Source: a virus
IMG/VR virus record: IMGVR_UViG_3300037264_006630
Location: 32,001-96,000 of that record
Direction: 5' to 3' (one strand)
Length of the DNA: 64,000 bases
In this document: positions 28,187 through 36,233 of the stretch, in pieces
Position numbering within the stretch: the stretch's first letter is position 1
Layout of the letters: every line of letters begins with the position of its first letter
Translations under genes and position numbers: made by a program
Notes under the pieces: model-generated
Told to the model about the DNA's origin: nothing
The model's database searches: none
What the model saw: the letters and a program-made list of their open reading frames with translations, nothing else

Positions 28187-28272
28187 CGGAGGCGTAGGGA
28201 GTCGAACCCGGCCCCTTGCGGGGCATCCTGTTTTCGGGACAGGCGTGGCCACCAACGGCCACCTCCACCTCC
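28187..28272 (-). tRNA. tRNA-Ser(CGA), non-canonical 9/3-like fold, C33
   Basis: G73, variable arm GCCCC-GCAA-GGGGC, CCTGT-CCCGAAA-ACAGG anticodon arm, 6-bp D stem, 3-bp T stem. Confidence 0.75.
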
Positions 28273-28344
28273 ATGCAGTGCGAGCCCCGAGAGGGGCTTC
28301 AAGAGCGACTGGATGAAGACGAGCGGCGGGTCACGAGCCGGACC

Positions 28345-28587
28345 CTACTCGTCCGAGCTCGGCGGCGCAAGCGCGATCTTGCAGGTCGTGCAACGAGCAC
28401 GGACACCGCCCCAGGACTCGGCCTCGTGGCCGCACTCGAGCTGGACGTGGTCGGGTGAGAAGATGGTCCCGGACGGCCGGAGCACTGCGACCACGCGGCG
28501 GAGTGGCGCACCACGTTTCTTCTTGCCGAGTCCGCCCGGCCCGATCGATCCGCCCTGCCGCATGTGCCTGTTGCTGATCCAACCCAT
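28345..28587 (-). CDS. small basic Cys/His protein
   Basis: AGGAGG SD; LECGH...CTTC. Confidence 0.6.
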   Translation of the reverse strand: MGWISNRHMRQGGSIGPGGLGKKKRGAPLRRVVAVLRPSGTIFSPDHVQLECGHEAESWGGVRARCTTCKIALAPPSSDE

Positions 28588-28838
28588 CGTGACCTCCTGT
28601 GGTGTAGACGGTGCGCGTTGCACTCGATCCACGTACCGGGCGTCTCACCCAGCGCTGGACATCGGTTGGGTGGCCTGATACGAAGGTCGGAGCTCGTCTG
28701 CCAACGGCAGAAGGAGTACCGGGGCCGTCACCGCAAGGCGGCGTCTCCGAACTAGGGTTGCTAGCCTCGTAGATTCTCGAGACGCCGCTGTAAACGGCGC
28801 GCCTTGGCCAGCGTGGTGAGACTCCACGGCAACCCACG

Positions 28839-29087
28839 ATGAGCGCCCCTGTGATGTACCGCCAGTGCGAGCTGCGCCGCGAGACGGCGACGGGAGTGGA
28901 GCGCTACGTCGCCTGGCTGCCCGCCGAGTTCCGCACCGGACGCATCGTGCGCATCGACGGTGAGGACTGTGTCTGGAAGATCGCGAGCCAGGGAGAAGCG
29001 CGCCCGGCCGAGATCGTCGAAGCGTACGAATCCAACGGACGGCGGGGCCTACCGTCAGTCTCGGGACACGCGCAGGAGATGGCGTAG
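28839..29087 (+). CDS. hypothetical protein
   Basis: ORF track; GC3-rich codons. Confidence 0.55.
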   Translation: MSAPVMYRQCELRRETATGVERYVAWLPAEFRTGRIVRIDGEDCVWKIASQGEARPAEIVEAYESNGRRGLPSVSGHAQEMA

Positions 29088-29312
29088 GTGAGCGAGGACG
29101 GCGACCCGCCTGACGAGGTGGCGGCGATGCGCGCCCGGAAGCATCCCGTGCTGGAGGATGATCTCCCCGGTGTCCCGGGAAAATTCGTGCTGCGTCTGCC
29201 CGGCTGCAAGCCGAACTACGTCTCCTCGTTCCGCGAGGACATGCGACGGGCAGACGCCTTCGTGGAGTCGTTCATGCGCGACTTCAAGAAGCCGCCGCGC
29301 GATCGCGCTTGA
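29088..29312 (+). CDS. hypothetical protein
   Basis: ORF track; abuts upstream stop. Confidence 0.5.
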   Translation: MSEDGDPPDEVAAMRARKHPVLEDDLPGVPGKFVLRLPGCKPNYVSSFREDMRRADAFVESFMRDFKKPPRDRA

Positions 29313-29398
29313 CTCCGGGCCCGGCCTTGGACTAGACAATGATTCCGGCCCGGCCGCCTGGGAGTCGCGCTCCAGGGGGCCGGGAACCACCGGGATGA

Positions 29399-29472
29399 TG
29401 CGGGGTAGAGCAGCCTGGTCGCTCATCGGGCCCATAACCCGAAGATCGGTGGTTCAAATCCACTCCCCGCAA
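29399..29472 (+). tRNA. tRNA-Met(CAT), initiator-like, C33, U1-A72
   Basis: GGG/CCC at the base of the anticodon stem, A11-U24, loop CCCATAA, T arm GGTGG-TTCAAAT-CCACT. Confidence 0.88.
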
Positions 29473-29486
29473 CTTGCCAAATGAAA

Positions 29487-29523
29487 GGACCGACGGCTGA
29501 TCACCGTCGGTCCGCTGTGTTTT
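29487..29523 (+). terminator. intrinsic terminator after tRNA-Met
   Basis: 10-bp perfect stem GGACCGACGG / CCGTCGGTCC followed by a T-rich tail. Confidence 0.65.
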
Positions 29524-29535
29524 CGGCCCATGACG

Positions 29536-29575
29536 TTGTCGCCCGCGACCGTTCGCGCGTACGGTGCGGCGCATG
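29536..29575 (+). promoter_or_regulatory. class A leaderless promoter
   Basis: TTGTCG-18-TACGGT-7nt-ATGAA, with TTCGCGCG. Confidence 0.6.
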
Positions 29576-30001
29576 AAGATCACCCTGACCCTCGACATCC
29601 CGGGACTGCCGTCACCCGACGCGCCCCACTCCTACCAGCTCGACGCGGCGTGCTTCAAGCTGCACGACATCGCCGACCCGGACGCCAAGCCGATCTACGT
29701 GGCCGCCACCGACAAGGACTTCGGCACCAGCGCGGTCGTCAGTGGCGACCTCCTGGTGACCGGCGAGGGCCACGTGGTCGACGGGTGCTGCCCGACCGAG
29801 GACGAGGAGTGCTGCGGCAACAGCAACTACTACGACCTCCGGGGCGCGACCATCAGCATCAGCCACGGCGAGTGCATCACCTCGGACGGCCTGGTCGCCG
29901 CTCTCAAGGCGGGTATCGCGCGAGCGTCGGCCGACGGTGCGGTGCGGCCTCGCTCCGGCTTCGACCCGCTCGTCGACTTCGCCCCGCCCAAGGAGACCTG
30001 A
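29573..30001 (+). CDS. acidic hypothetical protein
   Basis: ATG at class A promoter. Confidence 0.6.
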   Translation: MKITLTLDIPGLPSPDAPHSYQLDAACFKLHDIADPDAKPIYVAATDKDFGTSAVVSGDLLVTGEGHVVDGCCPTEDEECCGNSNYYDLRGATISISHGECITSDGLVAALKAGIARASADGAVRPRSGFDPLVDFAPPKET

Positions 30002-30063
30002 TCGGGCTTGACGGTGGCGCGGGCGAGGTGCATGTTCAAGGCGTAGAGCCCTGTCAGCGCGAG

Positions 30064-30100
30064 GTGGCCCCGGATGATCTCCGGGGCCACTGGCCTTTTC
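30064..30100 (+). terminator. 11-bp perfect hairpin plus T tract, ~55 nt after a TTGACG-17-CATGTT promoter
   Basis: GTGGCCCCGGA-TGATC-TCCGGGGCCAC. Confidence 0.55.
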
Positions 30101-30131
30101 GGCGTCACACCTGGGCGGTATCCTCACGGGC

Positions 30132-30602
30132 ATGCGGCTCATCGTCGCTGGCTCGCGGTGGATCCCGGAGGGGGTCGCGCTCCTGATCGTGGACGCGATG
30201 ATCCGGGTCCACGATCTGCGCCCGACGGTCATCCTGTGCGGCAAGGCCCGCGGCCCGGACACCGCCGGTGAGACCTGGGCCAAACAGCGCGGCGTGAAGG
30301 TGGGCTACTACCCGGCGCTCTGGGGGATGTACGGCAACGGCGCCGGGCCGGAGCGGAATGAGCGGATGGCGATCGACGGGACCGACATGGTGGCGCTCTG
30401 GGACGGTCATTCGACCGGCACCGCGGACATGATCACCCGCGCCCGCAAGCGCTACGGCGACCTCCACGTCCACATCGCCAGACTCGAGCCGAGCCCGGCG
30501 ACGGCCGCGCGGTTGGACGAGGAACGGCGGGCGAAGGCGCGAGCTCGCCGGAAGCCACGGCCGCGTGCGGCGGATCTCGCGGCGGCGCCGGCACCCGCGT
30601 AG
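30132..30602 (+). CDS. SLOG-family (DUF2493/YspA-like) protein
   Basis: RLIVAGSR, GKARGPD, WAKQRG, YPALW..YGNGAGPERNERM, WDGHSTGTADMI. Confidence 0.85.
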   Translation: MRLIVAGSRWIPEGVALLIVDAMIRVHDLRPTVILCGKARGPDTAGETWAKQRGVKVGYYPALWGMYGNGAGPERNERMAIDGTDMVALWDGHSTGTADMITRARKRYGDLHVHIARLEPSPATAARLDEERRAKARARRKPRPRAADLAAAPAPA

Positions 30603-30612
30603 CCTCCGGCGC

Positions 30613-31002
30613 ATGTCCTCCAACACCCAGCTCCGCACGGACTTCCTGGCGATCCACACCGCGGTCGCCACCTTGCCGGTCCCGACCGACGCTACCGGCG
30701 GCGTCGCCGTGCCGCCCGAGTGGACGAACGAGCGGGCGTCCTCGATCTTCCTGCGGTTCACGAAGGCCGCCGCCGCCATGTCACTGGCCGCAGTCCAGGT
30801 CGCGATCTTCATGGACGACGGCAACTGGTACCGGACCGGACCCATCCTGAACGGCGGCACCGCCATCGTCCTCACCGACGCCGGCTACGTCGTCGAGGTC
30901 CCCGTCATGCTCAAGTCAGCCAAGCGGATCTCGGTGGTGGGTACGCCGACCGGGGCCGGCACGTTCACGGTCGCCGCCGCCGTGGTCGCCACCCAATACT
31001 GA
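30613..31002 (+). CDS. hypothetical beta-rich protein (virion-like)
   Basis: Ala/Val/Thr-rich; ORF track. Confidence 0.5.
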   Translation: MSSNTQLRTDFLAIHTAVATLPVPTDATGGVAVPPEWTNERASSIFLRFTKAAAAMSLAAVQVAIFMDDGNWYRTGPILNGGTAIVLTDAGYVVEVPVMLKSAKRISVVGTPTGAGTFTVAAAVVATQY

Positions 31003-31020
31003 CGGTCGGATGGGCACCCC

Positions 31021-31440
31021 TCAGGGGTACGTGATGGTGGCGGTGTAGTGGCTGTAGCAGTGACCACCCTCCTCCGGGGAGATGACCTCGGCCGTCTCCG
31101 CGTAGAAGTCGATCCGCATGAAGTCGTGCTCGCCGATCTTGGAACCGAAGACGTGCGGGCAGATCCAGGTGCAGGTGGGCGACGGCCAGTTGGGCACGCA
31201 CTGCCAGTAGCAGAACGGCACGCCCTCCCAGGCGCCCGGCCTCGGCTCGCCGACGATCTGCGGCGTGTCGGTGTCGAGGTCGACCACCTCGAGCTCGTAC
31301 TGGTAGGTCGCCGCCGAGTAGAGGCAGGTCGTGTAGTCGATGCCGAGATCGACCTCGGCGGTCGGGGGCCAGGCCGCCGCCGTTCCGGTGGTGAGAGTGA
31401 GGACTGCGAGGGCTGCGATGACGATTCGTGAGGTCTTCAT
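31021..31440 (-). CDS. secreted protein
   Basis: signal peptide MKTSRIVIAALAVLTLTTGTAAA. Confidence 0.65.
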   Translation of the reverse strand: MKTSRIVIAALAVLTLTTGTAAAWPPTAEVDLGIDYTTCLYSAATYQYELEVVDLDTDTPQIVGEPRPGAWEGVPFCYWQCVPNWPSPTCTWICPHVFGSKIGEHDFMRIDFYAETAEVISPEEGGHCYSHYTATITYP

Positions 31441-31543
31441 GGCTGACGCTTTCTCACCCGTAGGGGTGGGAGTCAAGAAGCCGCGAGCAACGTGTTCGCG
31501 ACCGCCATCAAGACGCTACCCACTCGCCCGAGCGAACAGCCGA

Positions 31544-31837
31544 TCAGCGCCGCTGGCGCTTGCCGGTGGCCTTGGACTCGGACTCGCGGGCCATCTCGAC
31601 GAACGCCTCATCCCAGGTCTTGCCGGCGAGGATGCGGCGCAACTGCTCCTCGTAGTACCGCGCGGTCTCGGACCGGGCGCTCAGGAGCTCGGCTCGGTCG
31701 TCTTCGACGTCGGCGGCCTGCCCATCCTCGTCGGCGTTGTCCTTGGCTTCCTTGGCCAACTTCGAGATCTGGTCGCGCAGCCAGGAGGGATCGTTGACGC
31801 GGACGGCGGGGTCGGTTGGGGCGGCGGGCTTGGCCAT
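31544..31837 (-). CDS. hypothetical protein
   Basis: GGAGG SD. Confidence 0.55.
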   Translation of the reverse strand: MAKPAAPTDPAVRVNDPSWLRDQISKLAKEAKDNADEDGQAADVEDDRAELLSARSETARYYEEQLRRILAGKTWDEAFVEMARESESKATGKRQRR

Positions 31838-31839
31838 GG

Positions 31840-32349
31840 CTACACCTCCTCCGTGTCGGGCAGCGACCAGCCGGTGATCTCGATCGAGACGTTGTCGGGG
31901 CCGCCGGGCGTCACGTCCGAGTAGTAGGTCCCGCGGTGGTGCTTGAGGTTGATGGCGCGCGTGCCGAAGGCGCGGTGGAGCCGGTCGAGCGCGTCGAAGG
32001 TGATGAGGTGGGTGTTGCAGGAGTCGACGTGGACGGAGAGGACTTCGGTGGTGACCGAGCCGAAGACGGCGCCCCCGATCCCGATGGCCTCGCCGATGCG
32101 TCGCTGGACCTCGGGGTCGAGCTGCTCGAGCCGGGCTCGCTCCGCCTTGGCCGCCTCCCAGGCGACCCGCGCGGTCTCCCACTTGAGCACCTCGGCCGCA
32201 CGCTCGGCGGCGACGCGGTGCCGCGGCTGGCACTTCGCGACGCAGAGGTAGCGACCGGCCTCCGGCATCCAGGGGGAGTCGGGGACGTGGCACTCTTGGC
32301 AGGTGTCAGTGGAGTCGGCGAGGGCAGGATCGAAGGTGGCGGCGGACAT
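31840..32349 (-). CDS. hypothetical protein
   Basis: ORF track; GC3-rich codons. Confidence 0.55.
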   Translation of the reverse strand: MSAATFDPALADSTDTCQECHVPDSPWMPEAGRYLCVAKCQPRHRVAAERAAEVLKWETARVAWEAAKAERARLEQLDPEVQRRIGEAIGIGGAVFGSVTTEVLSVHVDSCNTHLITFDALDRLHRAFGTRAINLKHHRGTYYSDVTPGGPDNVSIEITGWSLPDTEEV

Positions 32350-32351
32350 GG

Positions 32352-32861
32352 TCACTCCGAGTCGGGGATGGCGGGGACGAGCAGCACGAGCTTGTGCAGG
32401 TCGGGGAAGTTGAGACGCGAGCCGTACCAGTCCGGCTTCTTGGACTCGTTGTCGTGACGCAGCCACTGCTCCATGTAGGGGGCGCCGCGACCGTCGGTGC
32501 GAATGCGGTAGGTGGTGGTCCAAGCGCCCTTCCGGTTCACCGCCCACATCGAGCCGTTGGCGAACTCGTGGCGGTCGATCACGTCGAGCAGCCGGAGCGG
32601 CGCGGGCTGCTCGGTGGTGGCACTCGCGACCGGCGCCGGGGTGGGTTGAAGGCTCCGCTGGTGAACCTCCAGCGCGGTGGCGATCGCATCGAGGCAGGCC
32701 CGGTCGTCGTTGTCGCGGCGCGTGGCCTGGTCGCTGCGCAGCCACGCCAACGCGATGCCGATGGCCTCGGCGCCGAAGACCTCGGCCAGCGCGATCACCT
32801 CCAGCACGAGCTCGTAGAACCGGAGCGCGTTGCGTGTGGTGAGGTTGGGGATGGGCGTCAC
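32352..32861 (-). CDS. hypothetical protein
   Basis: GTGA coupling. Confidence 0.55.
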   Translation of the reverse strand: MTPIPNLTTRNALRFYELVLEVIALAEVFGAEAIGIALAWLRSDQATRRDNDDRACLDAIATALEVHQRSLQPTPAPVASATTEQPAPLRLLDVIDRHEFANGSMWAVNRKGAWTTTYRIRTDGRGAPYMEQWLRHDNESKKPDWYGSRLNFPDLHKLVLLVPAIPDSE

Positions 32862-33084
32862 GGCCGGACCTCGACAGTGCCGACGATGGGGCCGTTGATG
32901 GTGTGGCAGGGGATGAGCCCACGGACACCGGCCGCTTGCGCGGCGGCACGGCAGACCTCGCGGAGCTCGTCGTCGAAGGCGAACATGTCGGCCTCCTCCC
33001 GCGATAGGAGCACTCCGGGCATGCCGTTGGTGAGGACCCAGCGCCCATCGACGCGGGTCCAGTTGACGTTGACGACTTCGATCT

Positions 33085-33396
33085 TCACGACGCCAGCACT
33101 TTCTCGATCGCCTCGGCCAGCGCGACGACGCGCGCGAGGATGGTGACCCGCTTGTGGGCGTACCCGATCGGCTCGTGGCCGTGCGAGAAGATCAGGGAGA
33201 CCTCCATCGGGCGCCCATCGCGGTCGTCGCCGATGCGCATCTCGATGAGCGTCACCCGCTCCAGCACCCACTTCACGAAGGTGGTGTGGCCGTTGGTCAG
33301 ACTGAGCCGGAGGTTGTCGCCCGGGTTCTGCGAGGCGCCACCATCGACGTCGATGAGCGCCAAGATCTGTTCGACTTGGGCGGGCGTCGGGTTCAC
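33085..33396 (-). CDS. hypothetical protein
   Basis: GTGA coupling on both sides. Confidence 0.5.
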   Translation of the reverse strand: MNPTPAQVEQILALIDVDGGASQNPGDNLRLSLTNGHTTFVKWVLERVTLIEMRIGDDRDGRPMEVSLIFSHGHEPIGYAHKRVTILARVVALAEAIEKVLAS

Positions 33397-33770
33397 GCCA
33401 GCACCGCCTCGAGCGCGGCGGCGAGCGCGAGAACGATCTGGTGGAGCGCGGCGACCTTGACCAGCTCGGCGCGCGAGCCGGAGGCGTACATGAGGGTGAC
33501 CCCCACGCGGGGATTGTCGCGGGTGACCTCGGCCGGAGTGCGGAGGGTGATGGCGGCGTGGTCGGCCGTCTCGCACCAGACCGAGGCGTCGGACCGGTAG
33601 CGAACCTCGACACGCTCACCGCGCGCGAAGGCGTCACGCATCATCGCGGCGTCGATCAGTGCCCCGTTGTGGTCGTACAGCCAGGGCTCTTTGGCGAGGA
33701 GCAGCATCACGAGGTTGACCTGGTTGTCGGTCGGGACGGCGGACGCGATCGTGGGCTGCGGTGCGTTCAT
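33393..33770 (-). CDS. hypothetical protein
   Basis: ATG at class A promoter. Confidence 0.6.
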   Translation of the reverse strand: MNAPQPTIASAVPTDNQVNLVMLLLAKEPWLYDHNGALIDAAMMRDAFARGERVEVRYRSDASVWCETADHAAITLRTPAEVTRDNPRVGVTLMYASGSRAELVKVAALHQIVLALAAALEAVLA

Positions 33771-33806
33771 ACACACGTTGATACGCACGAAACGCGCGCT
33801 CGTCAA
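33768..33806 (-). promoter_or_regulatory. class A leaderless promoter
   Basis: TTGACG-17-TATCAA-7nt-ATGAA, with TTCGTGCG. Confidence 0.7.
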
Positions 33807-33857
33807 GCACCATGATCGACCGAGTTGCAGGGCCTCCGATCTGGTAGCGTCGTGCGC

Positions 33858-34103
33858 GTGAAGCCTGCCGGCTCGGTGTGCCGCCTGACCTACCAGACGC
33901 CCGAGGTGGTTGAGGTTGGCGACGCCATCGTGACCGCTACGACCGGCCGGGCCTACCTCGTGATCGCCGCCAGGCGGATGCGGTCGAAGAAGCCCGGGAT
34001 GTGGATGCTCGACTGCATCGTGGCCGACGAGCTGCCGCCGGATGGCGTTCGGGTTCACCCGCTGGTCTGGTGGAGCCGAGAGCGTAAGACGCCTCGCCGG
34101 TGA
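33858..34103 (+). CDS. hypothetical protein
   Basis: GC3-rich codons; divergent from 33770. Confidence 0.5.
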   Translation: MKPAGSVCRLTYQTPEVVEVGDAIVTATTGRAYLVIAARRMRSKKPGMWMLDCIVADELPPDGVRVHPLVWWSRERKTPRR

Positions 34104-34373
34104 CCACCCGATGCGCGCCTGCGCCCCGCGCATTCCCGCCACGCCGTGACTTCCGGGCACGGCCCGAATGTGCTATCTGGGCGACCCTCCGTTCACCCTG
34201 CTGGCATGAGTGGAGCAGGGAGCAGCGCCATGGACCACCGCACCGAGGACGAGAACACCCTGCCGCGCTCGGCGGCGCCGCGATCAGATGGCCAGCGGCT
34301 GGAGGCCAAGAGCGGCTTGCGGCGGCGCCTGCGGCGGACGACCCTCGGCGTCCTGCTCCGCAGCGACGAGGCG

Positions 34374-35441
34374 CTACGCGCGCTTCTCGAGGCTCTGCGC
34401 TGATGCCCCGTGGCCTTCGCCGCACTTGTTGACATCGACGCCCGCTGGCCAGCCGCTCCGCCAGAAGACCGGTGGCCGGGCGCCGGGGGCCTCGCAGCGG
34501 TCGCTCAGGAGCATCAGGTTGTGGCACAGGCACATGAGGACGAGCTCGTTCATCTGGCTCGTGAGCATCCGCGACATGAAGGCGTGGCCGAGGTGCCGCT
34601 TGATCTTGCTGACCGTTGGCCCGTCTCCGCACGCCGTCGACTGCGTGGTTGCGGCCAAGGCGACGATGACCCCGGTCCGGTCGCAGATCTCCAGGGTCAC
34701 CTCCACCCAGGTCTTCTTGTGGTAGTCCCGCTGGAAGGCGCCGCGTTCGATCCGCGTGTAGTCCCGCTCGTCTCGTTGCACCGCGGCCGATTCGGCGAGG
34801 AGTGCGGTGAAGACCGGAGTCATGTCCTCGCCAGCCAAGTAGCGCTCGTAGGCCGTGTGGCCCAGCGGGCGCCAGCCGCGCGGACGGAGGTTGATCGCTT
34901 CGATCGCCATCTCCCGGCCGCTCAGGCGCATGTACACTCGCGCTCCAACCAAGTAGACGATCTCGGCCGGGGGCACGCGAGGGCGTCCGCGCTTGGCGGG
35001 TGCCTTGGGGATGCCAGCGCAGAGATGCTCCATCAGGCCGAGAACCGTAGCGTCGTCGGCGGTGAGGGGGCCGTAGACGGTGTCCCGGGCCGGGGCGCTG
35101 GGGAGCGTTGGTGCCGCATCGGCCGAGGGTGGGGCATGGAACAGATGCGCGTGCTCGGGACGGATCGGCTCGTCACCCTCGCTCTCGGCCGACGCGGCGA
35201 TGAAGTCGAGGATCGCATCGAAGCGGGCCAGCGCCAGCCGGCCTCGCTCACTCTCGTCGTTCAGTACGCCATCGCGCATGTGGACCAGCGAGATGATCGT
35301 GTCGCGCGTGATCCCCTGCTCGGGCTCCGGGTCGCGAGCGACGTAGCCGCGCCGCTGGAGCTCGGCAAGGATCTCCTCCTCGGTCATGGGACCGGAGTCC
35401 TGCACGACGCGGAGGATGTGTTCCTGGAGTGACGCTGCCAT
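34374..35441 (-). CDS. catalytically dead IS5-like transposase derivative with N-terminal HTH
   Basis: GRPR..., RVY..LSGR, SKIKRHLG..., NELVLMCLCHN match the IS5-like pattern; central DDE region missing. Confidence 0.55.
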   Translation of the reverse strand: MAASLQEHILRVVQDSGPMTEEEILAELQRRGYVARDPEPEQGITRDTIISLVHMRDGVLNDESERGRLALARFDAILDFIAASAESEGDEPIRPEHAHLFHAPPSADAAPTLPSAPARDTVYGPLTADDATVLGLMEHLCAGIPKAPAKRGRPRVPPAEIVYLVGARVYMRLSGREMAIEAINLRPRGWRPLGHTAYERYLAGEDMTPVFTALLAESAAVQRDERDYTRIERGAFQRDYHKKTWVEVTLEICDRTGVIVALAATTQSTACGDGPTVSKIKRHLGHAFMSRMLTSQMNELVLMCLCHNLMLLSDRCEAPGARPPVFWRSGWPAGVDVNKCGEGHGASAQSLEKRA

Positions 35442-35888
35442 CAGGCCCTCATGCCGGTGATGAAGTCGACCCGCAGGGAGCCGCGGCTGGCAACCACCCA
35501 GGGCTTCGCGCCCGGCCGGAGCCAGAGGAACCAGTGCGAGGTGGTGAGGCCGGCGAGCTCGGCGCGCGCGACGACCTCGAGCGCCTTGCGGTAGATGAAC
35601 GGCCGGTGCCAGCGCGGGCTCACACCACGCAGTCCCGGTGCCGGCGCACGAACGCCGCGAGGATGTAGCGCCGGAGGAGTCGCCCGGGGTCGTTGTCGGG
35701 AGCGGCCAGCGTGCTGGCGACCCCGCAGGTGCAGAGCCACCCGCGCTCCGTCACCCGGACGTGGCCGAGCTTGGTCTCCTCGCGCATGCGCGCGAGGATG
35801 AGGGCGGGCTGGGTGTTGGCGAAGATGCCAGCGTTCCCGATCTTGGCGTCGTCGCGTTCGCGCCGCGTGGGACCGCGACGATGGTCGG

Positions 35889-36179
35889 TCACGTCCCGCG
35901 CACGACGCCGCCATCCGGCGTCCAGCGGTCGGCCTGCGCGATCTCGCCGGAGCGCAGCGCCAGACGCGCGAGGTCGGCGTTGTTGCGGATGCCGAACGAC
36001 TTCGTCTTCTGCAAGACGTGGCCGCGGTGGGTGTCGACCGTCTTGACGGAGGTGCCGAGCCACTGGCCGATCTCCCGGTTGGTGGCGCCCAGCGCCAGGG
36101 CCAGGAAGACCTCGTGCTCGCGCTGGGACAGGGTGCCGATGGCTTCGAGCTCGGTGGTGGGCGGGGTGCGCTTCTTCAT
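35889..36179 (-). CDS. LuxR/GerE-type HTH transcription factor
   Basis: LSQREHEVFLALALGATNREIGQWLGTSVKTVDTHRGHV. Confidence 0.9.
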   Translation of the reverse strand: MKKRTPPTTELEAIGTLSQREHEVFLALALGATNREIGQWLGTSVKTVDTHRGHVLQKTKSFGIRNNADLARLALRSGEIAQADRWTPDGGVVRGT

Positions 36180-36233
36180 CTTCGGTTCCTCGGTCTTGGT
36201 GATGTCGGTGGTTATTAGGTCGGAGACGATCGG

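Noticed and set aside
28099-28272. tRNA-Sec interpretation of the long-D-stem tRNAs
   Set aside because: Anticodons are GCT and CGA, not TCA, and the acceptor plus T stem total is 12 bp, not 13
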